Counted from the first letter of the stretch, positions 1 through 14,144 are shown. The stretch: DNA of 64,000 nucleotides from Octopus vulgaris (GCA_951406725.2 OX597829.1:38378001-38442000); one strand, 5' to 3'. A program made the numbers and translations. The notes: a model not told the origin generated them from the sequence alone.

Positions 1-504
1 CACGAAGGGAAATGTGACATTCAATAGGTATTAATTAAACAAAACCTAACTGCACTTTGACGTAGTTCCAGTTATATAGAACGTTAAGAGTAGAACCGAG
101 AAACGGGCTAGTCGGATTCTGTTACTCAGTCCTATTTCTACTAATGAAGAAGTATTGACATTAATCATAACATACGAATCGATATATCTATTTGATCTCA
201 ACTTGAGAGGTCTTTTGATGCATCGATATCATGGTTGAGTGAATATTTTTGATTTCTTGATTGGTATTTAGAGACACCATCCAAAACTAGTGATGTGAAA
301 GAGAGGAATGGTATAGAAATTTATGTTCGTCCGCTAGTAAAAAATTATCTTTTGCGAGATAAAAATCGTTTTGACTCTATTGAAAACGCTGGCGCAAAAC
401 TAAAAGCGTCACTGATGCTACGTGATGAAGTTATTAACTAAATGATTACATTGTTCCATGGTACAGGAATGAGGACTGTTATTGTTGTTGTTGTTGCTGT
501 TCTC

Positions 505-720
505 AGAGTAGTGGATTGGCAAACTCGATTAAGTGCTTTGCACTTTTCCTTTCAGATCTTTACGTTCTGAGTTCAAATACAACCGAAGTCAACATTGCTT
601 TTTTTTTTATATATATACTTCAGAAATCGATAAAATAAAATACAAGTAAAGTACTGAAGTTCATGATATCGATTAACCCGCATTTATCAAAATTACTTGA
701 CTTGTGTGTCAATCAGAAAC
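505..720 (+). mobile_element. Decayed tRNA-derived SINE (family D, Meta/Sauria-like central domain)
   Basis: tttacgttctgagttcaaatacaaccgaagtcaacattgc...gataaaataaaatacaagt matches better copies at 15627, 47381 and 14145(-). Confidence 0.6.
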
Positions 721-779
721 AATTGTAGTTGCTATTACTGCTATGATGCAGTGCCGTTGGTACTATATTTATTACTGTT

Positions 780-1082
780 ACACCTAAAACTCCAAGAGGC
801 TCCGACAGTGGGTGGAGGCGACCCCTGTTGTACTCTTTCGCTCCAACTTTCTCTCACTCTTTCTTCCTGCTTCTTGTCCCCGACTTCCTACTCAACCGCT
901 GAGCCTGGATGCGCATTCATCCATCCGTCGATGCTCTCGGTGTCGGGGGCTGACCTGCTTTCTCTTCTGCGGGTCTTACGAATAGCAAAGGACCACGTTT
1001 CGGACTTCTCCCATCTCGCGAGCTCTGGGACGAAGACCGCTTCGCTCAACAGCAACAGCATCAACAGCAACACAAACAGCAA
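780..1082 (+). mobile_element. 5'-truncated SINE family B (tail type 1), (CAA/CAG)n end
   Basis: Near-identical to 8365-8650; the ORF 697..1086 is a read-through of this SINE. Confidence 0.85.
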
Positions 1083-1477
1083 ATGAATGATTCAGCTCTT
1101 AAAAATGTCCCATGAAAATAACATCCAGTCATTTGTGTAAACAGAAAATTCAAAATATTCCCTTTCTACAAAATAAAAGGTGAAAACGATCAATTACAAA
1201 AGGCAAGAGAAGAATATCTTATAAGAATAATAAGTCTGAAACTAAACCCGAAATAGTTATCATTTTTACTAAAAGCACCTTTCTCTGTACGCATTAACAC
1301 AGAACACGTATGTTTGAAAAGTTATACACAATATACACGCAGGATTCGAAAAATTATTTCCAAATGTTGGTGACATTGTTCTCAAAATAATTTTTCAAAA
1401 TAATTCATAACTTTAAAAAAAAATCTTTCTTTAACTATATATACATACGTAAAAAGAGAAACAAATTGATAAATATG

Positions 1478-2194
<717 letters not shown>

Positions 2195-2544
2195 ATTAAC
2201 TACGTCTGAATAAAACCTTGATTATCACAGCTCAGCTAGAGCGCCTTGGATTAACTGTTCGGCTCAATCAGAGCGATCAGAACTGATCTAGAAGTTAAAA
2301 AAAACAAAAAAACCCCACAAAGACTAGTAACTTCATGTATATTTCTGTGTTCGTGTACGTATGTTTATGTAAATGAGTATGTTTGAATTGACGTGTAGTT
2401 ATGCGTTCGCAACTGTGTGCTTGTGTGTGTTTGTGTGCATCTACGCGTACGTATGTTTTAGAACAATTTTGCTGTTTTAGCTTGCTGTGACACCACTTAA
2501 AAACAGAAACAGTATCTTATGATTAGCGTTATTTATCTCTTTAC

Positions 2545-2713
2545 CTCGTCTCTACTTGACCACCGAGTTGCTACAGGGGAGCTGGTTGTGCTCTCAATTC
2601 CTTTTATAACTTTCTGAAGACGACTAATGATCTTACGTTTGGACATGGGTGGTCATCTCATCCAAGTGGTTTTGCAATCTTTAATAGGAGCCATGATTAC
2701 GCTCTTGATTTAT
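2545..2713 (-). other. Candidate host-gene exon (possible ATG at 2646: MSKRKIISRLQKVIKGIESTTSSPVATRWSSRDE)
   Basis: Long polypyrimidine tract then AAG/TAG acceptor; GAG|gtaaag donor; 34-codon open frame; non-repetitive; no recognisable homology. Confidence 0.3.
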
Positions 2714-2821
2714 CTACTTAATTAAAAGATAACAAAAAAAAAAAAGAGAAAAAGAAAAACGAAAGAAGTAGCAGTTGTAAAATAGAAATGGATTTCACCT
2801 ACGCACATGTATATATGTTCG

Positions 2822-2824
<3 letters not shown>

Positions 2825-2902
<78 letters not shown>

Positions 2903-2991
2903 ATGTATGAATGTATGTATGTATGTATGTATGTATGTATGTATGTATGTATGTATGTATGTATGTATGTATGTATGTATGTATGTATGTA

Positions 2992-3030
<39 letters not shown>

Positions 3031-3487
3031 GTATGTATGTATGTATGTATGTATGTATGTATGTATGTATGTATGTATGTATGTATGTATGTATGTATGT
3101 ATGTATGTATGTATGTATGTATGTATGTGTATGTATGTATGTATGTATGTATGTATGTATGTATGTATGTATGTATGTATGTATGTATGTATGTATGTAT
3201 GTATGTATGTATGTATGTATGTATGTATGTAGGTATGTATGTATGTAATGTATGTATGTATGTATGTATGTATGTATGTATGTATGTATGTATGTATGTA
3301 TGTATGTATGTATGTATGTATGTATGTATGTATGTATGTATGTATGTATGTATGTATGAATGTATGTATGTATGTATGTATGTATGTATGTGTGTGTGTA
3401 TGTATGCATGTGTATGTATGTATAAATATGCGTGTATATGCGTGTATATGTGTGTTTATATGCGTGTATATGCGTGTATATGTGTAT
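2825..3487. repeat. (GT)n/(GTAT)n compound microsatellite
   Basis: Direct reading; source of spurious HTYI/MYVC ORFs. Confidence 0.97.
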
Positions 3488-3489
3488 AT

Positions 3490-3798
3490 TTTCATTTATT
3501 CTTTCATTTGTTTCAGTCATTTGACTGCGGCCATGCTGGAGCAGCGCCTACCCCAGGACTTTGCAAGCCTAGTACTTATTCTATCGGCCTTTTTGCCGAA
3601 CCGCTAAGTTACGGGGACGTAAACACACCAACATCGGTTATCAAGCAATGTTGGGGGTACATACACACACACATATATACGGCTTCTTTGAGTTTCCGTC
3701 TACCAAATCCACTCACAAGGCTTTGGTCGGCCCGAGGTTATAGTAAAAGGAAATTGCCCAAGGTGACATGCGGTGGAACTGTACCCAGAACAACGTGC
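3490..3798 (-). mobile_element. SINE family A (head truncated)
   Basis: Reverse complement of the 5323-5722 element. Confidence 0.85.
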
Positions 3799-3799
3799 T

Positions 3800-3990
3800 A
3801 AGAATTGTGGACGTTCTTAGCAATTCCATCTGATTCAAACTTACCTCTGATTCGAATTATGGAAAGTCGTGTAGGTGGATCTGTTTGAAATTCCATCCGA
3901 AACTGTCTTTCACAGTATTTTTCAAACTTCCAGCAGCACTCTAGACTACATTTCTTTTGTTCAAAGCTTAGTTTCGTTTCATTCATTATG
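3800..3990 (-). mobile_element. Tc1/mariner transposase N-terminal HTH remnant (DUF4817-like)
   Basis: MNETKLSFEQKKCSLECCWKFE...RQFRMEFQTDPPTRLSIIRIRGKFESDG; a TIR-like CAGGGTGTCCC lies nearby at about 4075. Confidence 0.65.
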
Positions 3991-4136
3991 GTCGATGGGT
4001 TAAAGATAGAGGGGAATGAAAACTAAGTGAATTGTCAGCAGTTAAAATGAATTTACACACAAGCACAATATACACAGGGTGTCCCTAAACATATATACAC
4101 ATTTTCACAGCTGATGACACAATATATATATATATA

Positions 4137-4333
4137 GTCGCCATGATAGATCGTTAGCCACTACACACATTTTTCTCTCCTTGTTTCTCTCCTTGTTTTT
4201 TTCTGTGTCCCTTTCTGTAGAAGAGCGTAGGCTCGAAACGTAAAAGACTTTTTCTACTCCTGAGCGTTATAATAATACATCTGTTTGCTTTGTACACCAT
4301 CTGTCTTCGTCTTTTGTTTTTTTCGTAAACTCT

Positions 4334-4337
<4 letters not shown>
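4137..4337 (+). mobile_element. Short (TA)n-flanked element with minimal hammerhead-like motif (4211-4246)
   Basis: CTTT-CTGTAGA-A-GAGC-GTAG-GCTC-GAAAC-GTA-AAAG; paralogue at 38961-39140. Confidence 0.7.
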
Positions 4338-4384
<47 letters not shown>

Positions 4385-4387
<3 letters not shown>

Positions 4388-5074
4388 GAGTGTTTATAAT
4401 TATGAACAAGTCACAATTATAACTAAGAGGGTTTCAAAAACCCTTACATGTTTAGAAATTGCTGACAAAAACCACTGTAAAACCGCTATTATCATTCATA
4501 TATCTCCTCACAATAAATGCTGTGTGCGGGTGACATGACATATAAAATCCACAACTTAAAAATAAAAGGTTAATTTTCTATTGCAATTTCGATGTTAGGA
4601 ACCTATTAAGGGTCCCATTCGTCTCTTCAGGAGAATATTCCTATAGATAGAAATTGATACAAGATTTGTGGTTTACCTGTATCCCGACCGACAAGAATAA
4701 TGTTTCAGTCTCTATCTACACATTTAAATTCTGAATTCAAACGTCATGCGTAGCGTTTATGAGAAAACACCGGTAAATTCGAGCCACGGCAAACCACCAG
4801 ATATGAGTGGAGAAAATTAAATAATTCAGAATTTGAATGTGCAGATAGAGGTTGACATACTATTCTTGCCGGTCGTTATACATGCAAGCCCCAAGGCAAG
4901 GTCTTGTATCAATTTCTATCAATAGGAATATTCTCCTGAAGACACAAATGGGACCCTTAATAGATTCCTAACGTCAAAATTGCAGTACAGAATAAATTTT
5001 TTATTTTTAAGTTATGGATTTTATATGGCATGACGCCCGCAGACATCGTATATTGTAAGGAATATAATATGGGT

Positions 5075-5075
<1 letters not shown>
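4385..5075. mobile_element. Penelope-like terminal fragment with about 240-bp imperfect inverted arms (about 4495-4737 / 4823-5070)
   Basis: Arms are reverse complements; each carries ttctcCTGAAGA; adjacent to (TA)n. Confidence 0.55.
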
Positions 5076-5154
<79 letters not shown>

Positions 5155-5288
5155 TATGTGTGTGTGTGTGTGTTTGTGAGTATGTACGAATCTATGCATG
5201 TATACGCACACACATACACACACACATTCCCACACATTGGCACACACGCTCGCACACACTCATATATATCTATATGTGTATATGTGTT

Positions 5289-5322
<34 letters not shown>

Positions 5323-5715
5323 GGCGCAGGAGTGGCTGTGTGGTAAGTAGCTTGTTTACCAACCACATAGTTCCGGGTTCAGTTCCACTGCGTGGCACCT
5401 TGGGCAAGTGTCTTCTACTATAGCCTCGGGCCGACCAAAGCCTTGTGAGTGGATTTGGTAGACGGAAACTGAAAGAAGCCCGTCGTATATATATGTGTAT
5501 ATATATGTATGTGTGCGTGTATGTTTGTGTGTGTGTGTTTGTCCCATCCAACATCGCTTGACAACCGATGCTGGTGTGTTTATGTCCCCGTAATTTAGCG
5601 GTTCGGCAAAAGAGAGCGATAGAATAAGTACTAGGCTTACAAAGAATAAGTCCCGGGGTCGAGTTGCTCGATTAAAGGCGGTGCTCCAGCATGGCCGCAG
5701 TCAAATGACTGAAAC

Positions 5716-5722
<7 letters not shown>
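5323..5722 (+). mobile_element. Full-length tRNA-derived SINE family A with internal (TA/TG) microsatellite
   Basis: A-box-like TGGCTGTGTGG, B-box-like GGTTCAGTTCC, body, ...gactgaaacaagta(A)n end; about ten copies in the window. Confidence 0.92.
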
Positions 5723-5805
<83 letters not shown>

Positions 5806-6094
5806 GTATACAGCGCGACGTTACACTGAATTTTGCAATACTATAGGTTCTATAGTTTGGGAAATCATGGCGCAAAGAATTTCGAAATGTGAGAGCAGGT
5901 ATGTATGGAGACGATTGGTTGATCGTCACACATCCACACATCAACCAAAACCTCGTAAATAGAATTTGCTGGATGAAATTGCGCGGAAGTCCGCTCCATA
6001 CATACATACATACATACATACATACATACATACATACATACATACATACATACATACATACATGTATGTACATACATATATATATATACATACA

Positions 6095-9000
6095 GGACAT
6101 CTATTCAAGCGGTCGAACAACAGAAATTAAATTAAAAAACTAGCGAGATTTAACATCGACATCGCTGCCCTCAGTGAAACACGTCTACCCGGGAAGGGAA
6201 AGGCAGAAGAGATAGGTTCAAGTCATACCTTCTTCTGGAAGGAAAAGAAGAAGGAGAGAGAAAAATCTTGCAGTCGCTTTTGCTGTATAATCCAAGCTTG
6301 TGAAGGCACATCATCTGAAATCTTTCGCCATCAATGAACGGCTTATGACTCTCCGAATACCGATCCCTGCTACCATCTTTAGGACGCTGATCTCTGCTTA
6401 CGCACCTACACTTGATGCAAATGACAATGTGAAAAATACCTTCTACCTACAGCTGAGTGATCTGATCCTCAATGTACCACCAAATTACAAGATCTTCCTC
6501 TTCAGGGATTTCAATACAAGAATGGAGAGAGACGACAGACTATGGGAGAATGCTATCTACGAACACTCTCTGCGCTGAACACTCTCTTCATCACCAACAC
6601 CCAATTTTGACTCCCAAATCGCTTCAAGAACATCTGGAACCACCTCAAATCGAGACACAGGCACTTCCTGGACTACTCCATCATCCGACAACACGACAAA
6701 AGAAACGTACTCATCACGCGGACGGCTAACAGCGCTGAAGATTGCTGGACAGACCATCGTCTAGTCATCACCTGCCTTCGAATAATGGTTAGCAACAAAC
6801 CAAAAACTGGGAAAACAAAATCAGTCAGAAGAAAATTTGACATATCGAAGCTTAACAACCCAGAGATCAGCTTTATGCATCCTCCATTCTCAAACACCTT
6901 CAGTCCATCCCATCTGACAAGATATGGATAAGGAATGGAGCACACTTCGAAAAACCATCACTGAAGTGGCTGAAAATAACCTTGAGTACAGTAAAAGGAG
7001 ACATCAGGACTGGTTTTATGACAATGACCAAGAAATCAACCAGCTAATTGATGCAAAGCGGCAAACCCGGCTCTCTCATGAGCAAGATCCAAGATCGCGG
7101 CACAGGAAGGTAAGATATCAAAACCTCAAAAGACAATGCCAAACAAATTGAGAGAGATGCAGAACAAACTGGTGGCAACAAAAAGCTCCAAGGTTATGCT
7201 GACACCCGTGTTCTCAGATACTTCTTCGCAGGAAAGAAGGAACTCTTTGGGCCCGTGAGATCATTAACAGGGTCTCTTCAATCAGTAGACTCCAACACCA
7301 TCCTGACTGGCCTACAAGATATCCTTCAACGCTGGATAGAGCATTTCTCGAGTCTTCTGAACCAAGACACCAACGCGGCGGAAGACTTCTAGAAGAACGT
7401 ACCCATGCATCCAACTCGACACTAGATGAACACGTCACCATCCTACGAAGAGTACCAGGTTGCCCTCAACTGCCTGAAGCACTAGAAGTCCCCTGGCCCA
7501 GACAACATCTCATTGGGTCTTCTAAAACATAGTGGACGACTATTAAACACCAGTCTGTTCACATTGATTCTCCGAATGGAAGAACCGCCGTGTTTCCAAA
7601 GACCTCAAAGATGCTGTTATCATCACCAGCTCCAAAAAAGAAGATAGAAAGATCTGTGAGAACTACCGTGGGACCTCACTGCTCTCCATCGAAGGGAAAA
7701 TATTTTCAATGTTCCTTCTGGGTCGTCTCCAAGTCATCATGAAGTAAGTCCTACACGAATCACAATGTGGATTTCTACCATCCAGATGTACAACTGACAT
7801 GATTTTTTGTGCTCGACAAATACAAGAAAAGAGTAGTGAACCAAAAAAACCTCTCTATTTCGTTTTCTACGATCTTGACAAGGCCTTTGATACCGTCCCA
7901 AGGTCTACAACGTGGAAGGTCCTCTGACGCTTCGGAAGACCTTTTCCCTAGTACAGGGATTACATGACGGTATGACTGGAACCATTTTCCATCAAAACCA
8001 ACTGTCTGAAGACTTCTTCATCACTGGAAGATTAAAACAATGATTCATTTTGGTCCCGACGCTCTTATCTCTATATCTTGTAGCAATGTTTCATGAACTG
8101 TCTTCGGACAATACAGGAATCAACATTAGGTGCCGATATGACGGGGAATTTCAACTTTGCCAGATTTAAGTTACGAAGACTGATCAGGAATCAAAAGATT
8201 ACTGAACTTCAGTATACTCATGAAAACGCACCGGTCTGTCACTCCAGTGAACAGCTTCAACAAGTGGAGGCGCAATGGCCCAGTGGTTAGGGCAGCGGAC
8301 TCGCGGTCGGAGGATCACGGTTTCGATTCCCAGACCGGGCGTTGTGTGTGTTTATTGAGCGAAAACACCTAAAGCTCCACGAGGCTCCGGCAGGGGGTGG
8401 TGGCGACCCCTGTTGTACTCTTTCGCTCCAACTTTCTCTCACTCTTTCTTCCAGTTACTTGTCCCCGACTTCCTACGCAACCGCTGAGCCTGGATGCGCA
8501 TTCATCCATCCGTCGGTGCTCTCGGTGTCGGGGGTTGACCTGCTTTCTCTTCTGCGGGTCTTACGAATAGCAAAGGACCACGTTTCGGACTTCTCCCACT
8601 ACAGAGGCGTGATCTTGCGATCTCTGGGACGAAGACCGCTTCGCTCAACAAACAGCTTCAACAATCGGTGAATAACTTCACCAATGCTTACACTCAGTTT
8701 GTCCTGAAAGTTAACATTAAAAAGACAAAAATCCTGGCACAACCTGTTCTAAGTCAGGTATCTCCAGACCTCAACATTACCATCTCAGAGACGAAACTGG
8801 AAAAAGTCGACCGCTTTTCATACTTAGGGAGTTTGCTTTCGAACAAGTGCACATCGGAAAAGGACGTGAAGAACCGATTAAGAGCGGCTCACACCGCGTT
8901 TGGTGGACTCGCGAATAGAGGCTTTAAGAACAAAGATCTGAATCCCCAAACAAAATAGAGTGTTTACCAAGCAGTCGTGATCTCCACTCTACGGTTGTGA

Positions 9001-9345
9001 AACCTGGATTCTTTGCCGAAGTGACTTCAAAAACTAGAGCTATTTCACCAACAGAAGCTCTGCTCTATTATGAATATGAAACGGAATGACTATGTGACCG
9101 ATGTCTCAGTTTTGGAGAGAACGAAAAGCAGCAGCACTGAGGTCACCATCCTGAAAGATCATCTGACATGGGCAGGCCTCATAGCAAGAATGAAAGAGAC
9201 CAGGCTGCCTCGTCAAATTTATATGGTGAATTTTCCACCGAAAGAAAACTCTGTGGCTGTCCCCTCCGTCGACGACCTAAGCTGGTCCTACGGGCCAGCT
9301 GAAGCAAAGCCTAAAACTGAAAACCTGCAGACAAAATGCAAATAA
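6095..9345 (+). mobile_element. Decayed RTE-clade LINE (AP endonuclease + RT), many stops and frameshifts
   Basis: IDIAALSETRL, LISAYAPT, DFN, HQDWFYDND, KSPGPDNI, NYRGTSLLS, DLDKAFDTV, FSYLGS, RLPRQI motifs. Confidence 0.93.
8264..8650 (+). mobile_element. Full-length SINE family B (tail type 1) inserted in the RTE with a 14-bp TSD
   Basis: tRNA head TGGCCCAGTGG...GGTTTCGATTCC; TSD AACAGCTTCAACAA at 8250-8263 and 8651-8664. Confidence 0.93.
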
Positions 9346-10035
9346 TCATTTATAACTGATGGGATTAAAAGTTGACTCATTTTCAAAATTCAGTGTCCAT
9401 GTAATGAATCTTCTCAAGAACCCAAAGCTAAAGTAGCAGATAACTTCTTAATGTGTCGCAGTGTAGGATCAGATCTAGAATCATATGAGATTCTTAGCTA
9501 TACAGATATGCTTTTCTTTCTTCTTAATCAGTTTGCATTTTCTTCTCATTGGAGAATCAATAAAGCTGCTGAAGGTATTTTTTTTATACTAAAGATTGCA
9601 TGAAGTATACTGGGCTATGAGAGTGACACTTAATCCAGTTAATGTTTAAAATCTTCAAGCAGAACTACCGTTATGTTCTTGGTTTCTTTATGTAAAATAT
9701 CTAATAATCAGAGCTCTATAACGATAGCACGGCTTTAATAAAACGATCACTCGATTGTCATATCATAAAAACATTAACAATTACATCTCTTTCTTTTTTA
9801 CTATCTCTTATTCGTTTAGTGATATATCATCCCTATAAGAATAAGCCATATTTGCGAAAGTGAAAGTACATTAATAGCTGTGTTGTTAACCAGCTTGTTG
9901 CTCGACTGCAGGACATCGCTTGTTCTTCGAATTTCAAGTCATCCTTCACAAATAACAGAGATTTATAGAAACCGGTTTCTCAACTCTGACAAGTGTTTCA
10001 TTAATAATAATTAGATGAGCAGAATGGGATAATAT

Positions 10036-10098
10036 TTCTGTCTGTCTGTTTGTCTGTCTGTCTGTATGTCTGTCTGTTTCTCTCTCTCTCTCTATGTA

Positions 10099-10133
<35 letters not shown>

Positions 10134-10310
10134 GACACACATATATACATACATACATACATACATAATACATACATATATACATTTATACATACATACA
10201 TACATACATACATACATACATACATACATACATACCACATACATATATGTGTATGTGTGTGTGCGTATGTGTGTGTGTGTGTGCGTGTGTGTGTGTGTAT
10301 GCATATACAC
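10036..10310. repeat. Compound microsatellite (TCTG/TA/CATA/TG)
   Basis: Direct reading. Confidence 0.95.
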
Positions 10311-10384
10311 TCTTAGATAACATGTCCAGAAATAATAATTTTTAATCTACTAGTAGATGTATTGAAGAAATGCAAAGTTAAGTA

Positions 10385-10802
10385 TATATTAAATGTAGAG
10401 TTAAATTGTACAAGTAGAGTTAGACGTATAGAATGTAAAAATTAAAGTAGAAATCAGTATACAGAATGTAGATATAAATATACACACCGTAGAGTCAAAT
10501 ATGAAAATGAAGATATATACAAAATATAAAGTTAAATCTACATTAAGTAGAATCAAAAGAATAGCGTATAGAGCTGGATTGCAAATATAGACTTAAGCGC
10601 ATACAATATAGAACTAAGTGTATAAAAATTTATATGGACTAGAGTTAAATGTGCGTAGAGTTAACTATGTATCACGTAGATACGTATCTTAAAATGCATA
10701 CTATATATATATTTAAATGTGCATTTTGAAAGGTTAAATATACATGATGTTGCGTTAAATGTGGATTATATGGTGTTAAATCTACAATGTGTAGAGTTAA
10801 AT
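10385..10802. repeat. Cryptic degenerate minisatellite (about 20 bp, GTAGAGTTAAAT core)
   Basis: Repeated tagagttaaat/tagagtcaaat/tagagttaact variants. Confidence 0.55.
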
Positions 10803-11121
10803 TTCTTTCGTAATGAAACAGCTAGAGTATCTTTTGGACTAGCTACAAGTCTACCGACAAGAACCAGAAAAGTTGAACGGCTTTCCTTCACAACTGGTTG
10901 AGCTGAAGTAATGTGGAGTTAGGTTTCTTGTTTAGAAGCTTATAAAAAAAAAACCCGCTATTCTCCCGACGCATATGTTGGAAGTCCAGCTTCCAGTTTT
11001 TACACTTTCAAGCATTTTCATCCTACAGAGTGTTTCTTACGTGATAACCATTGCACTTTTTTTAAGCCAATGTTCTTGGCATATGTGTGCGTATGTGCGC
11101 GTGTCTATATGTCTGTGTGTA

Positions 11122-11154
<33 letters not shown>

Positions 11155-11155
11155 C

Positions 11156-11468
<313 letters not shown>

Positions 11469-11799
11469 CTGAATAAATGAATAAAATAATAATATAGTAC
11501 GTAAATAAAGTAACATGAGCAAAACATTTTGAGAATAAAATAAATAAATGAAGAGAATTATATTTAATGAAATTAAATAAATGAATAGATTAAATATATT
11601 ATAGGAAAGGAAATTACTAATAAATATATCAAGAGAACAAAATGAATTAAATAAATAATGCCAAATAAATAAATGTGGTAAAATTTATCCATGAACATAT
11701 AAATTATTTTACTATTGAGAATCTAAAGCCTATCGTAAATAAAGTCTGCAAGTAAATAAAGTAATTAAGCTAAAAATAATTCCTATGGTTTACTGTAAA

Positions 11800-12476
11800 A
11801 TTTAGAAATTAGCTGCAGAATATGTGGAGTTGGACAAGAAACAATAAATCATATTATCTCTGGCTGGCCAATCCTGGCTAAGAAGGAATATATTCACAGA
11901 CACGACAGAGCTGGGACCTACATACACTGGAAGCTATGCCAACTCTATGGAATAACAACAGAAAAAATATGGTATAAGCACACGCCAGAAAAGGTCACAG
12001 AAAACGAGAAAGCAACATAACTCTGGGATATGTCAATACACACAGATAGAGAAATTAAGACCAACAGGCCAGATATAGTTGTCAGAGATCATGAAGAAAA
12101 AATGCTTTCTGATTGATGTATCAATATCAGCAGATGACAACGTGTCTCTAAAAGAAATGGAGAAACTCTCAAAATACAAAGACCTGGAAATAGAGGTAAC
12201 TAGAATGTGGAACCTGAAAACAGAAACAATTCCTATCATAGTAGGTGCATTAGGCATGCTAAAAAAATATTCAGACAAATACATAACAAAAACACCAGGA
12301 CTTACAAACACATATAACATACCGAAAATTGCACTACTAGGCACTGCACACATCCTACGCAAAACACTTTCAATACAGTAACCATCAGAGCCTCACAGCA
12401 AACCACAGCACATACCCAAGGCACACAGAGCTGCGCTCGGTAGTGAAGTGAAAGCACGCTATAAAAATAAAATTAA

Positions 12477-12480
<4 letters not shown>
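11800..12480 (+). mobile_element. R4/Dong-clade non-LTR 3' end (restriction-like endonuclease) followed by (TAA)n
   Basis: LAKKEYIHRHD..IHWKLC, HTPEKV, WD, RPDIV, CFLIDV, KLSKYKDL, PIIVGALG; Dong elements are known to target TAA repeats. Confidence 0.9.
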
Positions 12481-12563
<83 letters not shown>

Positions 12564-12574
12564 TGACATTTACT

Positions 12575-12750
12575 AGTACAACGCTAAATACAAAACCAAA
12601 TATATGGCACACTAGGCATAACAACAACGTGAACTTCCAACCTGTTGTCTCTTGAGGTCTCTGGGTGAGACTTGGAGCCAACTTGTACAAATATAAAGCA
12701 AAAGTCAAACATAGAATAATAATAATAATAATAACAATAATAACAATAAC
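12575..12750 (+). mobile_element. Probable 3' UTR of a second Dong-like family ending in (TAA)n
   Basis: Non-coding segment between two (TAA)n tracts with a gtctc...gagac hairpin; family assignment is inference. Confidence 0.4.
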
Positions 12751-12771
12751 AACATCGAAAAATTTTCCCAA

Positions 12772-12817
12772 GACACCTGATGAAGGCTGGAGGGTATATC
12801 AGCCGAAACGTTGTGTT
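12772..12817 (+). ncRNA. Minimal hammerhead-ribozyme-like motif
   Basis: GACAC-CTGATGA-A-GGCTG-(10 nt)-CAGCC-GAAAC-GTT-GTGTT. Confidence 0.65.
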
Positions 12818-12899
12818 AACAACAAACAAGATGAGGACAGATATCCGTCAAATGTAAATAATGTAATTAATGAACTTATTCTCTGCCAATTTCTGGGTG

Positions 12900-14130
12900 A
12901 CATTGGCATTCCTGCTCGTGACTTAGTTCTTTCTTATTTAGATGTTAACTCCCAAACCAAATTCCGAGCACCTTAATTGATCCAGTGACAGGAGGTTCCG
13001 CTAGCTGACACGGACTTGCCGCTCTATGTATTGAGTTGCAAGCCCACTGACTCGTTTTGTATGTTCCTATATGCTTCTGATATTCTTTCAGTATAGTATC
13101 AACGCTTCCATATCCGAAATGTCGGACATCACAACAGCTACATGGTCCATGCATGCAGACACGGCTCTCCTGTGACCCTTTCAGAGTCTCCATCTTCCGT
13201 AGAAACGGCTCCAGCGCTAAAACATATAGGAGAGAAGGAAGAGAGCACACTCTACGAACCAAGCATTTGAAGCTTAACTGTTTCAAATGGTGGTTGTTTA
13301 GTTTCATTACTGAATAGACACTGTCGTACATTGTTGCGATCCGGTCTTAGAAGGGGGATTAAAACCACCTGCTCTTAGGACAGCCACCAGATCGTCATAA
13401 ATGTTTGGCATTTAGTAATTATTACATAACACCTAGAGGCGGAGATAATTGTAATGCATTCAGAAATTAAGTTGTATAGTATTTGATATACCTGTATTTG
13501 TTTACGTTGTTCAAATATATGTCGCTGGCAAGTATTTATCTTTGCTCAGTTTGCTAATTTTATTTAAATAAGCAGTAATCAACGCTGTTGAAAACTTTGA
13601 ATTGAACCAAGTTGACCAGCAACCCACCGAAGACCGCTCTATGATATATCGCAGGAGGTGGCGGCCGCCATGGATAGATCTGCTAGGAATCAAACAAGTT
13701 TGCGCCAAGCGTCTGTCTCTTGCCAAGCATCTTTGCTAGACTCTTTAATTCTGTTGAACAAAGGTTTTCTGTCATGCACCCTCATTCTTTTTAAGCAGTG
13801 TCCACTACTCTTCATCTCATACGACTAGGAATAGTCCCAGTCTGTAGTAGACGGCTGCCAAGACACGACCACCCTATCCCGGTGATTTGCGCTCTATACA
13901 TTGGATCGCTCACCTTTCACTTCATCTGTCGAAATGGGGTTTTCACGGTACTCTGCCTCACTGCCCAAGAATCACGGCAAACCACCCATGTAAACATCAA
14001 AGACTACTGTCGTCAATCCGCTGCTCACCAAAAAATGGTTCCGCAACGTTCTGCTGGAAAACCGTACTCATTTTTTCGAAATCGGGGAGTATACACCCGT
14101 TGGGGTCCGTCAAAGACCAAATTGTGATCT
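12900..14130 (-). mobile_element. Highly decayed Tx1/L1-clade RT fragment
   Basis: QTCLIPSRSIHGGRHLLRYIIE; VRRVCSLPSLLYVLALEPFLRK (cf. VRQGCPLSPLLY); IKVLGIWFG. Confidence 0.75.
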
Positions 14131-14144
14131 TGTTCCACGTAGCT

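Noticed and set aside
253-441. Plus-strand open frame ETPSKTSDVKERNGIEIYVRPL...* after tttag
   Set aside because: Weak acceptor, no recognisable homology, no partner exon
697-1086. 129-aa ORF similar to 8342..8671
   Set aside because: Both are chance frames through the same SINE family
2722-3801. Long ORFs (HTYI/MYVC, poly-N/I/L and similar) throughout the track
   Set aside because: Translations of stop-free microsatellites, not genes
9345-9720. Possible minus-strand LINE endonuclease remnant (VVLLEDF)
   Set aside because: Too decayed to assign
10385-10802. CRISPR-like array
   Set aside because: Eukaryotic context; repeats short, variable and irregularly spaced; no cas genes
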